A stretch of DNA of 64,000 nucleotides from Candidatus Sumerlaeia bacterium (GTDB lineage: Bacteria > Sumerlaeota > Sumerlaeia > SLMS01 > JANRJK01). This document shows positions 1 to 11,182 of this stretch, in pieces. Numbering within the stretch: the stretch's first letter is position 1; every line of letters starts with the position of its first letter. Location of the stretch: the NCBI GenBank assembly GCA_033764015.1, contig JANRJK010000017.1, forward strand, positions 64,001 to 128,000, written 5' to 3'. The position numbers and the translations under genes were made by a program. Below the pieces are notes generated by a model. That model ran no database searches. It worked only from the letters and a program-made list of their open reading frames with translations, and had not been told where the DNA came from.

Positions 1-192
1 CAGCGTGACGTTCAGCGCGTCGGTGATCCGGCCCGCGATCTCCTCGAGCTCCGGCGAAACCGAGAGGCTCTTGTCGCGCGTGAGGTCGAACCGGGTGTTT
101 TTCGTGTAGAGCAGTACATTGACGGCGACCGCCGCGACCGCGAACAGCAGGATCGAGACGACCGCCGCGAGGCGTTGCGCGTTCTTGTTCAT
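1..192 (-). CDS. GldG-like ABC transporter auxiliary component (5' part only, runs off window)
   Basis: Manual translation MNKNAQRLAAVVSILLFAVAAVAVNVLLYTKNTRFDLTRDKSLSVS: TM helix plus RFDLT motif; GGAGG upstream; follows gldA/gldF-like genes. Confidence 0.75.
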   Translation of the reverse strand, partial: MNKNAQRLAAVVSILLFAVAAVAVNVLLYTKNTRFDLTRDKSLSVSPELEEIAGRITDALNVTL

Positions 193-208
193 CTGGTTCC
201 CCCTCCGC

Positions 209-943
209 TCAGCGCCAGCGGCGGCTGTCGAGAATGCGCACCGTGGCGAACAGCATCACCGCCACGAAGCTTGCCGTGTAGAGCACCGTCCGCGTGTCCA
301 CCACCCCGCGGATCACCCCGTCGAGGTGCGCGCCGAGGCCGATGTAGGCGAAGAACGGCACCACCGCCTCGGGGAGGCTGCGCAGCACGCCCGGGGCCCC
401 CACCATGAAGATGCCGAAGCAGAACGTGATCCCCATGATGAAGGCGACGATCTGGTTCTTGGTGAGGGCGGAGACCATGTTCGCGATCGCGAGGTAGATC
501 GCCCCCATCATCGCCATGCCGAGGTAGGCGCCCCAGACGGGCCCGAAGTCCATCGGCGTCTTCTCGTCGGCGAGCCCGGCGACGATCGCCGCCACCGGGG
601 CGGTCAGCGCCAGCGCCAGCAGGACCACCAGGAGCGCCGCCAGGTACTTGCCCAGCACCGCCTCCCACTCGCGCACGGGAAGCGTCATCAGCAGCTCGAC
701 CGTGCCGGTCTTGTGCTCCTCGGCCCAGAGCCGCATCGCCACCGCCGGCACGAAGACCAGCAGCAGCAGCGGCATCACCGAAAAGAGCGCGTCGAGCCGC
801 GCGAAGTTCTGGGTCCAGAAGGCGGACTGGTGGAACAGCACCCAGCCGCACATCGAGACGAAGACCACCAGGAAGATGTAGAGGGCGGGCGAGTTCAGAT
901 AGCCGCGGAACTCGCGCCCGAAGATCCGGAGCGTAGTGCCCAT
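209..943 (-). CDS. ABC-2 type permease, GldF-like
   Basis: REFRGYLNSPALY and AMRLWAEEHKTGTVELLMTLP motifs; multiple TM segments. Confidence 0.9.
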   Translation of the reverse strand: MGTTLRIFGREFRGYLNSPALYIFLVVFVSMCGWVLFHQSAFWTQNFARLDALFSVMPLLLLVFVPAVAMRLWAEEHKTGTVELLMTLPVREWEAVLGKYLAALLVVLLALALTAPVAAIVAGLADEKTPMDFGPVWGAYLGMAMMGAIYLAIANMVSALTKNQIVAFIMGITFCFGIFMVGAPGVLRSLPEAVVPFFAYIGLGAHLDGVIRGVVDTRTVLYTASFVAVMLFATVRILDSRRWR

Positions 944-968
944 CGCGTCGTGACTCCTGCTTGTTTCC

Positions 969-1907
969 TTAGAGTTGCTTGGTGACCCGGATGAAGACCT
1001 CTTCGAGCGTCGCGCGGTCCTCGCGGAGCTCGCGCAGCGCCCAGTCCTTGTCCCGGGCGAGGCGGTACAGCGCCTCCGCGGGATCGCCGCCGCCGTCCTT
1101 GAACGTCGCGGTCAGCACCGCCGAGCCCTTATTGCCGGCGACCGCCTCCGCCCCGAGGGCGCCCGGCAGTGCGCGCGCCGCCGCCTCGACCTCCTTCGGC
1201 TCCGCGCGGAACTCCGCCCGCACGCGCCGCTCGCCCTTGCGCTGCCCCGTCAGCTCCTCCGGCGTGCCGGAGGCGACGATCTTCCCGCGGGAGATGATGA
1301 TCGCGCGAGAGCAGGTGGCGGCCACCTCTTGCATGATGTGCGTCGACAGCAGCACGGTCTTCGTCTTGCCGATCTCCCGGATCAGGTCGCGGATCTCGAC
1401 GATCTGCGCCGGGTCCAGCGCGCTTGTCGGCTCGTCGAGGATCAGGATGTCGGGATCGTGGATCAGCGCCTGCGCGAGGCCCACGCGCTGCCGGTAGCCG
1501 CGGCTGAGCTGGCCGATGGTCTTTGCGACCACCCCCGCCAGGCCGCAGGAGCGGATAACGTGGTCCAGCCGCTCCTTGCGCTTCGACGAAGGCACCCCGC
1601 GGACGCCGGCCACGAAGCGGAGGAACTCCACAACGCCCATTTCCTCGTAGAGCGGCGTGTTCTCGGGAAGATAGCCCAACGACCGGCGGACCCCGATCGA
1701 GTCGTCGACCACGTCGTGCCCGGCCACCTTCACGGTGCCGCCATCCGGCGCGATGAAGCAGGTGAGGACCTTCATGGTCGTGCTCTTCCCCGCCCCGTTG
1801 GGGCCGAGGAAGCCGACCACTTCGCCCTTGTCGATCTGGAAACTGATGCCGTCCACGGCCCGGGTGGAGCCGTATAGCTTGGTGAGGTTGCTGACGTCGA
1901 TCATCAT
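969..1907 (-). CDS. ABC transporter ATP-binding protein, GldA-like
   Basis: Walker A GPNGAGKST, signature LSRGYRQR, Walker B ILILDEP; start placed at MMIDVSNL (1907 or 1904). Confidence 0.92.
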   Translation of the reverse strand: MMIDVSNLTKLYGSTRAVDGISFQIDKGEVVGFLGPNGAGKSTTMKVLTCFIAPDGGTVKVAGHDVVDDSIGVRRSLGYLPENTPLYEEMGVVEFLRFVAGVRGVPSSKRKERLDHVIRSCGLAGVVAKTIGQLSRGYRQRVGLAQALIHDPDILILDEPTSALDPAQIVEIRDLIREIGKTKTVLLSTHIMQEVAATCSRAIIISRGKIVASGTPEELTGQRKGERRVRAEFRAEPKEVEAAARALPGALGAEAVAGNKGSAVLTATFKDGGGDPAEALYRLARDKDWALRELREDRATLEEVFIRVTKQL

Positions 1908-2234
1908 GGACGACGGGTGACAGCCCTTCAGTGGGACAAGATGTCGCGCCCGCGTGCCACCCGAAACCCAAACGACAGGCGTTAAGAGGCCGCAGGCGCC
2001 TGATTGTTCGATCAAAATGGAAGCGATGATCGTTCCAGCTTGGTCCGACCCGTCAGCGACGGAGGCCCGTGGTCGGCGGGACCGGAAAACCCCGAGGCGG
2101 CGGCGTCTGGGGGCTGGGAAAGCGCCGTGCACAAGAAAGCGGCAGGAGGTACCAAGCGGTTCATCGATGGGGCCCCAATCCGGGGAGGTGCATTGACAGG
2201 ACTGGAGTTAGTCGCATCGCGGTGCGATCGCCGA

Positions 2235-2251
2235 TTGGCGTGGCACGTGCA
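2235..2251 (+). promoter_or_regulatory. Candidate sigma54 (-24/-12) promoter
   Basis: TTGGCGTGGCACGTGCA: GG-N10-GC spacing, about 60 nt upstream of the pilX-like ATG. Confidence 0.35.
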
Positions 2252-2308
2252 TGTAGGGGCCAAACACTTCGGGATTCCCGGATGTTTCTCCCCCTTGGAG
2301 TCGGCGCC

Positions 2309-4279
2309 ATGAAGCCACCAGTATCCCTCAGGACGAGCAAGAGGCCCCAGAAGCACCGGGGCGAAGCGATGCTCATCGCCCTCGGGTTCATCTTCGTCGT
2401 CGGGTTCATCCTCGCGACGATGGTGAACACCGCCACACACCAGCTCCGCCAGACCCACCGCAAGCAGGTTGTGGACGGCTCGCTCACCGCGGCGAAGAAC
2501 GCCATCGCGGCCATGGGCGAAAACGTGGTCTGGATCGTCAACAACCGCCCGCCGCAGCTCAACGGCGCCATCGACGCCATCAACACCTTCGTCCGCTCGA
2601 TCAAGGCTCCGCCCACGCCCGGCGTGGAAATCGTCTCCAGCTACGTCACCGACTGGGGCAGCGCCGAGAACGACTTCGAATGGAACGAAATCACCGACCC
2701 TAACGACTATTGGTACGGCTACACGACGACGCGCCTCGACTACCAGATCGTGGCGATGGCGAAGGACACCACGGCCGCGCCGCTCGCGGCTCAGGGCTTT
2801 CCCGGCGTCGCCATGCGGCGCCGCGTCACGATCGACTACGTGCCGATGTGGGCCTACTGGGCGCTCACCGGCAGCCGCGAAGACCCCTTCGAACTGCACC
2901 CCGGCCCCGACATGGAGGTCCGCGGACGCGTCCACAGCAACGCCGACATGCGCCTGGCGGCAAACACGGGCTTGGCCATCTGGGGCGAGGTGACCTCCGT
3001 TGGACGCTTCTACACCGGCGCCGGCGAGAACTGGAACCGCTCAGGCGACGTGAAGATCGCGACCCGCGCACAGATGGACGCCACGCGCGCCGGCAATCCC
3101 GCATCCAAGGGCAGCCTGCCGGGCATCAAGGGCGCCTCCTCGATGAGCGACCACGCCGCCCCGGGGCTGGGGGGCAACTGGCTCGACTCCTTCGACCCGC
3201 AGTGGGTGCAGCGCGCGACCAGCCGTTGGGGCGGGACGGTGAAGGACGCGGCGATGGGCATCTCCCCCATCAACCCGCCGCTCCCGGAAACCTCCAACCC
3301 CTACACCATGATCGAACGCGTGAAGGCGGATGACTCGGAAGCCGTGAAGGCGATCAAGTTCGAGCAGAACGCCGACCTGAAAATCTACGGCGACCCCGCC
3401 GCCAACCCGGACACCTGGTACGCGGTCGATTTCAACGGAAACCAACTCCCGCTCACATACCGTGTCCAGACTGGCACCGTGAACGGCCAACCGGTCTACG
3501 AGACGCGCAGCGTGGCCCGCGCCACCACCTTCACCGACCGCCGCGACAACAAGACGGTCAAGACGCTCTCCATCGACATGGGGAACCTCGTCCAGTGGCA
3601 GACGGCGCAGGACCTGAACGGCAACCCGCGCAACTTCATCTTCAACACCGGCATCATCTACGCCTCCACCCTGAACAACAACGACACAGGCCCGACGATG
3701 AATTCGGTCCAGCTCGTCAACTCGTCGAAGGTTCCCAACTCCTTCGGCAACAAGGGTATGACGCTCGCCACCGACCGTCCCGTCTACACAGTCGGCAACA
3801 TCAACACCACCGACAAGAAGACGTTCCTCATCGCCGGCGACGCGGTGACGGTCCTTTCGAAGGAGTTCGACGCGAACACGGGTAACAACACCCCCGTCAG
3901 CGTCGACACCACGACCAACATGGTGCTCCTCTTTGGCACCACCCACACCGACCCGAAGAACAAGCAGGACCCGAACAGCTACGTCACCACGGCGGCGACC
4001 AACCAGCTCTCCGGTGGACTCCACAACTCGATGCGGTACTTGGAAAGCTGGGGCTCGCGGCAGCACTTCCACAACGGCTCGCTCCTGATCCTGTTCCGCA
4101 GCAAGGTGGCTAACAGGCCTTGGGGCTTGAGCTACTACAGCCCACCAGTGCGTCGCTACACTTGGGACTCGACCCTCGCGACAAACGAGCCGCCCCCGGG
4201 CATGCCGACCTTCATCTTCGTGCAGGAAGGCGACTGGGAGATGATCGAGCCCTCGCAGGTCGCTGGCTACACGCCCTGA
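2309..4279 (+). CDS. PilX/pilus-assembly-like large protein
   Basis: Basic leader then G-EAMLIALGFIFVVGFILATMV (prepilin-like, no E5); GRVHSNAD and GGLHNSMRYLESW...YYSPPVRRYTWD motifs; GGAG RBS. Confidence 0.65.
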   Translation: MKPPVSLRTSKRPQKHRGEAMLIALGFIFVVGFILATMVNTATHQLRQTHRKQVVDGSLTAAKNAIAAMGENVVWIVNNRPPQLNGAIDAINTFVRSIKAPPTPGVEIVSSYVTDWGSAENDFEWNEITDPNDYWYGYTTTRLDYQIVAMAKDTTAAPLAAQGFPGVAMRRRVTIDYVPMWAYWALTGSREDPFELHPGPDMEVRGRVHSNADMRLAANTGLAIWGEVTSVGRFYTGAGENWNRSGDVKIATRAQMDATRAGNPASKGSLPGIKGASSMSDHAAPGLGGNWLDSFDPQWVQRATSRWGGTVKDAAMGISPINPPLPETSNPYTMIERVKADDSEAVKAIKFEQNADLKIYGDPAANPDTWYAVDFNGNQLPLTYRVQTGTVNGQPVYETRSVARATTFTDRRDNKTVKTLSIDMGNLVQWQTAQDLNGNPRNFIFNTGIIYASTLNNNDTGPTMNSVQLVNSSKVPNSFGNKGMTLATDRPVYTVGNINTTDKKTFLIAGDAVTVLSKEFDANTGNNTPVSVDTTTNMVLLFGTTHTDPKNKQDPNSYVTTAATNQLSGGLHNSMRYLESWGSRQHFHNGSLLILFRSKVANRPWGLSYYSPPVRRYTWDSTLATNEPPPGMPTFIFVQEGDWEMIEPSQVAGYTP

Positions 4280-4306
4280 TCGACTCGAACACCCTGCAGG
4301 AAACAG

Positions 4307-4334
4307 GAAGGGGCCGCCCGCGGGCGGCCCCTTC
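4307..4334. terminator. Bidirectional intrinsic terminator-like palindrome
   Basis: Perfect 28-bp palindrome GAAGGGGCCGCCCGCGGGCGGCCCCTTC between convergent genes. Confidence 0.75.
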
Positions 4335-4369
4335 TTCATTGGTGCGGGACCATCCGGGAGCGGCGGCGG

Positions 4370-6796
4370 TCAGTGCCCCGCCGCGTCCGACCGCGCCGGC
4401 GCGGCGACTCGCGGGGGATGCCCCGCCTTGCCCTTCGCGGCGCCCCGGCCCGCCGGCTCCAGCACGAGCTGGAACACTTCGGCCAGCGTCTTCACCGGAA
4501 GGAACGTCATCTTCGAGCGGACCTCCTTCGGGATGTCCTCGAGGTCGTCCTCGTTGTCCGCGGGGATGACGACCTGGCGGATGCCGAGGCGGTAGGCGGC
4601 GAGGGACTTCTCCTTGAGGCCGCCGATCTTAAGTACCTTGCCGCGCAGCGTCACCTCGCCGGTCATCGCGATGTCCTGCCGGACGGCGCGCTGGGCCAGC
4701 GCGCTGGCCATGCTGGTGGCCATCGTGATGCCGGCGCTCGGTCCGTCCTTCGGGATGCCGCCCTCCGGGATGTGGACGTGGATGTCGATGTCCTTGAACA
4801 GGTCCTCGGCGATGCCGAGTTCGCGGCACCGCGAGCGGATGTGGCTGAGCGCGGTCTTCGCGCTCTCCTGCATCACCTCGCCCAGCTTGCCGGTCAGCGA
4901 CAGGTTGCCCTTGCCGGGCATGGTGGTGGTTTCGACCGGGAGCAGTTCGCCGCCGACGGAAGTCCACGCGAGGCCCAGCGCGACGCCGATCTCCGGCTTG
5001 CGGTCGACCCCGGCGTCCTTGAAGGGCAACGGGCCGAGCATCTGGCGCAGCCGTTCCGCGTCCACGACGACCTGCTTGCGCTTCTTGCCGGGCTCCGCGC
5101 CGGACGAGACGAACTCCTTGGCGATCTTGCGGGCGACGCTGCCGACCTCGCGTTCGAGGTTACGGACGCCGGCTTCCTTGGTGTAGCCGGAGATGAGGAG
5201 CGCGAGCGCGTCGGCGCCGATCTTCACCTGCGACTTCTTCAGGCCGGCGGCCTCGACCTGGCGCGGAATCAGGTACTTCGTCGCGATGTGGCGCTTCTCG
5301 AGGTCGGTGTAGCCCACCAGCCGGATCACTTCCATGCGGTCCAGCAGGGGCAGCGGGATCCCGTCCATGGTGTTCGCCGTCGTGATGAACATCACCTTCG
5401 ACAGGTCGTAGTCGACTTCGAGGTAGTGGTCGTTGAAGGCCTTGTTCTGCTCCGGATCGAGCACCTCGAGGAGCGCGGAGGCGGGGTCGCCGCGGAAGTC
5501 GGCGGACATCTTGTCGATCTCGTCGAGCAGGAAGAGCGGATTGACGACGCCGGCCTTCTTCATGTGCTGGACGATCTTGCCGGGAAGCGCGCCGATGTAG
5601 GTTCGGCGGTGGCCGCGGATCTCCGCCTCGTCGCGGACGCCGCCGAGGGACACGCGGACGAACTCGCGCCCCATGGCGGTCGCGATGGAGCGGGCCAGCG
5701 ACGTCTTGCCGACGCCCGGCGGCCCGACGAAGCACAGGATCGGCCCGCGCGTGGTGCCCGCCAGGCGCACCACCGCGAGGTGCTCCAGGATGCGCTGCTT
5801 GATCTTCTCGAGGCCGTAGTGGTCGCGGTCGAGGATCTGCTCCGCCTTGGCCAGGTCGATCTTGTCCTCCGTCGCCTTCTTCCAGGGCACCTCCGTCATC
5901 CACTCGAGGTACGTGCGCGTGACGGTGGCCTCGGGCGAGAGGGACTGCATCCGGGATAGGCGGCGCACTTCCTTCTCGGCCTTCTCGCGAGCCTCCTCGG
6001 GCATCTCGGCGGCCTTGATCGCCAGCTCCAGCTCGACGATGTCGCTGTCCTCGTCGTGCGAGATGCCGAGTTCGCGCTCGATCGCCTTGAGCTGCTCGTT
6101 GAGGAAGTACTCCCGCTGGCTCCGCCCGATCTGGTTCTTCACCTGCGAGACGATCTTCTGCTCGAGTTCGAGGAGCTGGTTCTCGGCGGCGAGCGTCTCC
6201 TGCAGCAGGCGGAACTTCTCCTCGTGCGAGGACGCCGCGAGGACGCGCTGCTTGTCCGCCGTCTTCAGCCCGGCGTAGTGCGCCACGGAGTTGATGAGCG
6301 AGTCCGGGTCGTCGATCTTCTGGATGTTCGAGAGCAGGTCGTCCGGGATCTTCTCGGAGAGGCGCGCGTACTCGGCGAAGCTGGCGTTGAGGATGCGCAT
6401 CATGGCGCGGCCGCGGTTGCCCTTCGCGGCGTCGCGGGGCGCCCGCAGCGTGAGCGCCTGGATGATGCGCTCCGTCTCGGTGTACTCGATCGAGCGCGCG
6501 ATGTACTGCCCCTCGATCAGCACCTTCGCCGAGCCGTCCGGCACGCGCAGCACCTGGAGCACCTCGCAGACGGTGCCGATGGTTTCGAGCTCCTTCGCGC
6601 TCGGCGAGTCGGTGTCGGGGTTGGATTGGAGCGTGGCGAGCAGGAGCTTGTCGCGCCCGATGGCGTCCTCGAGGGCGGCGAGGCTCTTGGGCCGGACCAC
6701 GAAGAGCGGGGTGATGCAGTTCGGGAAAACCACCAGGTCCCGGAGCGGAAGCACCGGCAGGATTTTCGACTCGAAGCTGATTTCGTTGAGTTCCAT
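4370..6796 (-). CDS. lon: ATP-dependent Lon protease
   Basis: LPVLPLRD N-domain, [27 protein letters not shown] catalytic Ser, IGGLKEK. Confidence 0.97.
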   Translation of the reverse strand: MELNEISFESKILPVLPLRDLVVFPNCITPLFVVRPKSLAALEDAIGRDKLLLATLQSNPDTDSPSAKELETIGTVCEVLQVLRVPDGSAKVLIEGQYIARSIEYTETERIIQALTLRAPRDAAKGNRGRAMMRILNASFAEYARLSEKIPDDLLSNIQKIDDPDSLINSVAHYAGLKTADKQRVLAASSHEEKFRLLQETLAAENQLLELEQKIVSQVKNQIGRSQREYFLNEQLKAIERELGISHDEDSDIVELELAIKAAEMPEEAREKAEKEVRRLSRMQSLSPEATVTRTYLEWMTEVPWKKATEDKIDLAKAEQILDRDHYGLEKIKQRILEHLAVVRLAGTTRGPILCFVGPPGVGKTSLARSIATAMGREFVRVSLGGVRDEAEIRGHRRTYIGALPGKIVQHMKKAGVVNPLFLLDEIDKMSADFRGDPASALLEVLDPEQNKAFNDHYLEVDYDLSKVMFITTANTMDGIPLPLLDRMEVIRLVGYTDLEKRHIATKYLIPRQVEAAGLKKSQVKIGADALALLISGYTKEAGVRNLEREVGSVARKIAKEFVSSGAEPGKKRKQVVVDAERLRQMLGPLPFKDAGVDRKPEIGVALGLAWTSVGGELLPVETTTMPGKGNLSLTGKLGEVMQESAKTALSHIRSRCRELGIAEDLFKDIDIHVHIPEGGIPKDGPSAGITMATSMASALAQRAVRQDIAMTGEVTLRGKVLKIGGLKEKSLAAYRLGIRQVVIPADNEDDLEDIPKEVRSKMTFLPVKTLAEVFQLVLEPAGRGAAKGKAGHPPRVAAPARSDAAGH

Positions 6797-7014
6797 GAAG
6801 GGGTCCCGAGTGCATCGATTTGCGCCGCCGGCGGCCGTCCGGAGCGATGGCGCGCGATTGGCCCGCGGGAAATGCACGAATCGCGCCGCCAGCCGCACCC
6901 CCGAAAGTACCCTCCGGCGCCGCACAGCGTACAGTGGGAAGATGCCCCCGAGCACCGATTGCCCCGCGCCGCCGCGCCGCGCCCAATCGGCGCAACCTCC
7001 CGGAGGCACGCGCC

Positions 7015-8133
7015 ATGGCCGACTGCGCCGTTTCCCGAATCGCGATCCTGACCGGCGGCGGCGACTGCCCGGGCCTCAACGCCGTCATCCGCGCCATCGT
7101 CAAGACCGCCATCAACAAGTACCACGTCGATTGCTACGGGGTCCTCGACGGCTTCCACGGACTGATCTACCGCCGCGCCCAGCAGCTTCACGGCGCCGAG
7201 GTGTCCGGCATCCTCACGCTTGGCGGCACCATCCTTGGCAGCAGCAACAGGCACAACCCCTTCGCCCACCACATGACCATCAACGGCACCGACCAAGTGG
7301 TCGACGTCTCCGACGAATGCGTGGACTTCATTCAGCAGCAGGGTTGGGACTGCCTCATCGCGATCGGCGGCGACGGCACGCTGACGATGGGGCTCCAGTT
7401 CGCCCAGAAGGGCATGAACGTGGTCGGCGTGCCCAAGACCATCGACAACGACCTGTCGGCCACGGACTACACGTTCGGCTTCCACACGGCGGTGCAGACC
7501 GCGGTGGAGGCCATCGACCGGCTGCACACCACGGCGCTTTCGCACCACCGGGCGCTGGTGGTCGAGATGATGGGGCGCTACGCGGGGCACCTCGCCCTGC
7601 ACGCCGGCATCGCCGGCGGCGGCGATGTGATCCTGATCCCGGAAATCCCTTTCGACATCGACATCGTCGCGAAGGAGGTGCTCAGCCGTTCGCGCCGCGG
7701 GAAGCGCGCCTCGATCATCGTCGTCGCGGAAGGCGCCAAGCCCATAGGCGGCGACGTTACCGTCGCGCAGATGGTGAAGGATTCGCCCGATCCGGTCCGC
7801 CTCGGCGGCGTGGCGCACGTGATCGCGGCGCAGCTCTCGGCCAAGACCGGCATCGAAACCCGCGCGACCGTGCTGGGGCACCTCCAGCGGGGCGGCACAC
7901 CCGTCGCCGTGGACCGCATCCTGTCGACGCGCTTCGGCTTCCACGCGATGGAGATGGCGGCTGCGGGGCGCTTCGGGCGCATGGTAGCCGCACAAGGCGA
8001 CGAAATCGTGGACGTCCCGCTGGAGGACGCCGTGCACCAGCTCAAGAAAGTGAGCATGACAGACGACTTGATCGCCGCGGCTCGCGCGACCGGCGTCTGC
8101 CTCGGTGATCGGCTTGAGGGAGTGGTTCTCTAG
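7015..8133 (+). CDS. pfkA: 6-phosphofructokinase (PfkA family)
   Basis: [39 protein letters not shown]. Confidence 0.95.
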   Translation: MADCAVSRIAILTGGGDCPGLNAVIRAIVKTAINKYHVDCYGVLDGFHGLIYRRAQQLHGAEVSGILTLGGTILGSSNRHNPFAHHMTINGTDQVVDVSDECVDFIQQQGWDCLIAIGGDGTLTMGLQFAQKGMNVVGVPKTIDNDLSATDYTFGFHTAVQTAVEAIDRLHTTALSHHRALVVEMMGRYAGHLALHAGIAGGGDVILIPEIPFDIDIVAKEVLSRSRRGKRASIIVVAEGAKPIGGDVTVAQMVKDSPDPVRLGGVAHVIAAQLSAKTGIETRATVLGHLQRGGTPVAVDRILSTRFGFHAMEMAAAGRFGRMVAAQGDEIVDVPLEDAVHQLKKVSMTDDLIAAARATGVCLGDRLEGVVL

Positions 8134-8801
8134 CGCCTTGGCGTTGCAGCCTTCGCGGCGGGCTTCCAGCTCGCCGCGGGCCAGCGGGCCGCCTTCGCGG
8201 GCCCGGAGTCCACGACCGGCAGCGCGCGCACCGGCGCGTCGTCCAGCCGGCGCTCGTAGTCCACCGAACCCTCCACGCCGTCGTGGACCAGGCGCTCCTT
8301 GAAGTGCGGATGGTCCGACAGCGCGAGGGCCACACTGTCGGGGGCGTCCTCCGCGACGGTGAACTCCAGTTCGAGGAGCGTCCCCTTCGCGACGCCGGCG
8401 GGCAGCACAGCGGCGACCAGGAACGTGTCGCGGCCGTCGGCGAGCGGCGCGCCCTTGGACACCTCGATGCGCGCGGTGCGGTCCGGGCAGGCCACCACGA
8501 CCGGATGCGCCAAGGCACCAGCGGTGGCCTCGATGCGGAGTGTCGCCATGGTGACGGGGCTCGGGGCGCTTTCGAGCACGACGCGGAACCGCATGGGGCG
8601 GCCCCGTTCGAGCGGGGCGCCGTCGGAGGGCTCGAGGCGCACGGCGGGGAGCTTCTCCAGGCGGACGCGGCGGTACTCGGGGGGAGCCTTCGGAGCCTGC
8701 GCGGGGGCGGGCTCGGGGCGGGCGCGCTCCTGCGCGTGGCCGCACACCGCGAAGGCGAGCAGGCAGGCGGCGGAGACCGCGGCGGCGCGGCGGATGTTCA
8801 T
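8130..8801 (-). CDS. Hypothetical exported protein
   Basis: Signal peptide MNIRRAAAVSAACLLAFAVCGHA; GGAGG RBS. Confidence 0.6.
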   Translation of the reverse strand: MNIRRAAAVSAACLLAFAVCGHAQERARPEPAPAQAPKAPPEYRRVRLEKLPAVRLEPSDGAPLERGRPMRFRVVLESAPSPVTMATLRIEATAGALAHPVVVACPDRTARIEVSKGAPLADGRDTFLVAAVLPAGVAKGTLLELEFTVAEDAPDSVALALSDHPHFKERLVHDGVEGSVDYERRLDDAPVRALPVVDSGPAKAARWPAASWKPAAKAATPRR

Positions 8802-8890
8802 GGCGAATTCCTCCAAGCCGGTTCCGGGAACGCGTGGCGCACCCTGCATGTCACGACCCCTCGGGAACGCGCAAGGATTGGCCCGGTGCC

Positions 8891-11107
8891 TCAGCGCACC
8901 ATGAATCCGTTCGCGGAGCTCCGTCGGGCGCGCGATAGGATCACCGCCGAGTAGGCCGGCAAGGCGACAGCGCCCCGCTGCGCGTATCCGTGCTGGGGGC
9001 TGGGCGTCGTGGTCACGACCTGCCCGACTCCGAAGTCGCCGAAGTCGCTGCTGTACCGCTTCGAGTCGGTATTGATCGCCTCGTACCACGTGCCCGCCTG
9101 CGGAAGGCCGATTTCGAACACGGGGTAGCTGGTGGAGGAGAGGTTCATGAGAACCACGACGTCGTCGCCGGGCGCGCCGCCTTCCTGCCAGCGGCGGTAG
9201 GCGAAGACCTTGATGTTGTTCAGGTTCAGGAACACCTCGGTCCGGTCGCTGGTGAGGCCCCGGGAGATGCCGTCCGCGTTGCGCCGAAGCCGGATCAAGT
9301 CCGCGTAAAGGTTTTTGATCCCGCCGTTGATCGTGCTGTTCGCGAGGCTCCACGTCGTGGCGACGGTGTCGTTCCAGCCCCCGGAGATGTGCAGCTCCTG
9401 GCCCTGGAACAGCATCGGGATCCCCTCCGAGGTGGCCCAAAGGGCCGCCGCGAGGGAGCCCGAGCGGCGCGAGCGGAGGCCTTGCGGGTCCGGCGTGTCG
9501 TAGCGCTGCGCCGTGCGGAACTTGTTGTTCGCCGTCCAGACTTCGTCGTGCGACTCGAGGTAATGCACGCGGGTGAAGCCGATCCCGTCGTCGATCTGGG
9601 CCGCGAGGACCTCTGTGCTGCGATTCGCGTCCACCGACTTTTCCAGCTCGCCCACCACCGCGCTGTGGAAGCCCACCTCCCATTCCGCCTGGAAGCCGAA
9701 ACCGTTCGGATTGCTGGTGGGCGTCGTGATCAGCGGCTCCCCGCCCAGGTCCTCCGCGATGCGGATGGCATCGGGATGGTTCGCCGCCATGAAGTCGTTG
9801 ATCTCGCGGAGCAGCGAGACGCCGTCGGGGATTGGCGCGGTGATATTGAATCCGCCGTCCACCTGCCCGCGGATGCCCTTGGTGAAGTCCCACCGGAAGC
9901 CGTCGACCCGGAACTCCTCCAGCCAGAACTGGATGTTGTCCTTGATGTAATCGCGAACTTCCGGCGTGGAATAGTTGGGGCGCGGTCCGAAGGGGGTTTC
10001 GGCGAGGGAGGTAGGCGTGTTGTAGAAGTACGCCCCTCCGTTCGTGCCGCCGTCGAAGTTGTACAGGTCGAGGTCCGTCGGGCCGTAGTGGTTGTGGACC
10101 ACGTCGAGGATCACGCCGATGCCGCGCAGGTGGCACTGGCGGATGAACTCCTTCAGGTCGGCGGTGCGCCCGTAGTTCGCCTCCACCGTGTAGGGGTTCA
10201 TCTTGTTGTAGCCGGCCGAGATGCCGCCGGCGAACTCGGAGATCGGCATCAGCTTCACCGCGTTCACGCCGAGGTCCGCGAGGTAGTCGAGCCGCGTCTG
10301 CGCGTTCACGAAGGTCGACGGTACCGGCGCGGTGAGCGCTTCGAAGGTGCCGATGTGGAGTTGGTAGATCACCAGCTCGTTCGCGGGGGGCATCGTGAAG
10401 TTGTCGTTCTGCCAGTTGAACGTGGCCGGATCGACGATGCGCGAGTCGCCGACGGAGTTGACCAGCTCGCGGGAGCGCGGGTCCTGACGGAAGTTCGAGC
10501 CGTTCAGGACGTACTTGTAGGTGTTGTTCCGCGCGGCGTTCGGGATGAAGGCGGACCAGATGTTCGTGGCGCCTTCCTCCCGCATCGCGTTGGCCGTGGT
10601 GCTGAACCCGTTGAAGGAACCCGCGACCGAAGCGGAGGTCGAGTTGGGCGTCCAGACGCGGAACACGACGCCGAAGCCCTCCGCGGCGGAGAGCTGCGTC
10701 GCGCCCATCGGGTATCCCGAGAGGTCGATCCAGAAGCGCCAGTCGCGCTGGCTGTTATTGTCGAAGATCGTGCTCGACGCGTTCCGGAACACGAAGTCGA
10801 CGTTCGTCGCGTTCTGGGGGAAGGTGAAGGTGAAGCTCCAGCGGTTGCCGCCGAGGGAGGTCATCTGCGGCTGCTGGATGTTCTGGAAGCCGTTGAAGCC
10901 GTAGTAGAAGTGGACCGGCGACGCGCCCGCGAGGGGCCCGCCGGTGGCGTCGTAGGTGACCGTCACCTGGTCGCCGCGGTCGAACACCGCGGGCGCAAGG
11001 GTCGCCGTGCCCTGCTGCGCCTGCGCGGCGGCTCCCGCGATCGCCAATCCGGCCGCGAGCGCCGCCCGCCGGCATCCTGTCCCCGTACGCTTCCGCATCG
11101 TCGCCAT
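8891..11107 (-). CDS. Secreted GH13 alpha-amylase/branching-enzyme-like protein with N-terminal starch-binding modules
   Basis: Signal peptide; CBM-like VDFVFRN..FDNN; CBM48-like FRVWTPN; catalytic DGFRWD, IAED, ESHDE. Confidence 0.88.
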   Translation of the reverse strand: MATMRKRTGTGCRRAALAAGLAIAGAAAQAQQGTATLAPAVFDRGDQVTVTYDATGGPLAGASPVHFYYGFNGFQNIQQPQMTSLGGNRWSFTFTFPQNATNVDFVFRNASSTIFDNNSQRDWRFWIDLSGYPMGATQLSAAEGFGVVFRVWTPNSTSASVAGSFNGFSTTANAMREEGATNIWSAFIPNAARNNTYKYVLNGSNFRQDPRSRELVNSVGDSRIVDPATFNWQNDNFTMPPANELVIYQLHIGTFEALTAPVPSTFVNAQTRLDYLADLGVNAVKLMPISEFAGGISAGYNKMNPYTVEANYGRTADLKEFIRQCHLRGIGVILDVVHNHYGPTDLDLYNFDGGTNGGAYFYNTPTSLAETPFGPRPNYSTPEVRDYIKDNIQFWLEEFRVDGFRWDFTKGIRGQVDGGFNITAPIPDGVSLLREINDFMAANHPDAIRIAEDLGGEPLITTPTSNPNGFGFQAEWEVGFHSAVVGELEKSVDANRSTEVLAAQIDDGIGFTRVHYLESHDEVWTANNKFRTAQRYDTPDPQGLRSRRSGSLAAALWATSEGIPMLFQGQELHISGGWNDTVATTWSLANSTINGGIKNLYADLIRLRRNADGISRGLTSDRTEVFLNLNNIKVFAYRRWQEGGAPGDDVVVLMNLSSTSYPVFEIGLPQAGTWYEAINTDSKRYSSDFGDFGVGQVVTTTPSPQHGYAQRGAVALPAYSAVILSRARRSSANGFMVR

Positions 11108-11182
11108 GGCCCTACCTCCGGTCCGTAGGCTTTAGCCTGCCGCCCTCCCGGTCAAGCGATCCACGACACGCCGCAGAGGGTG

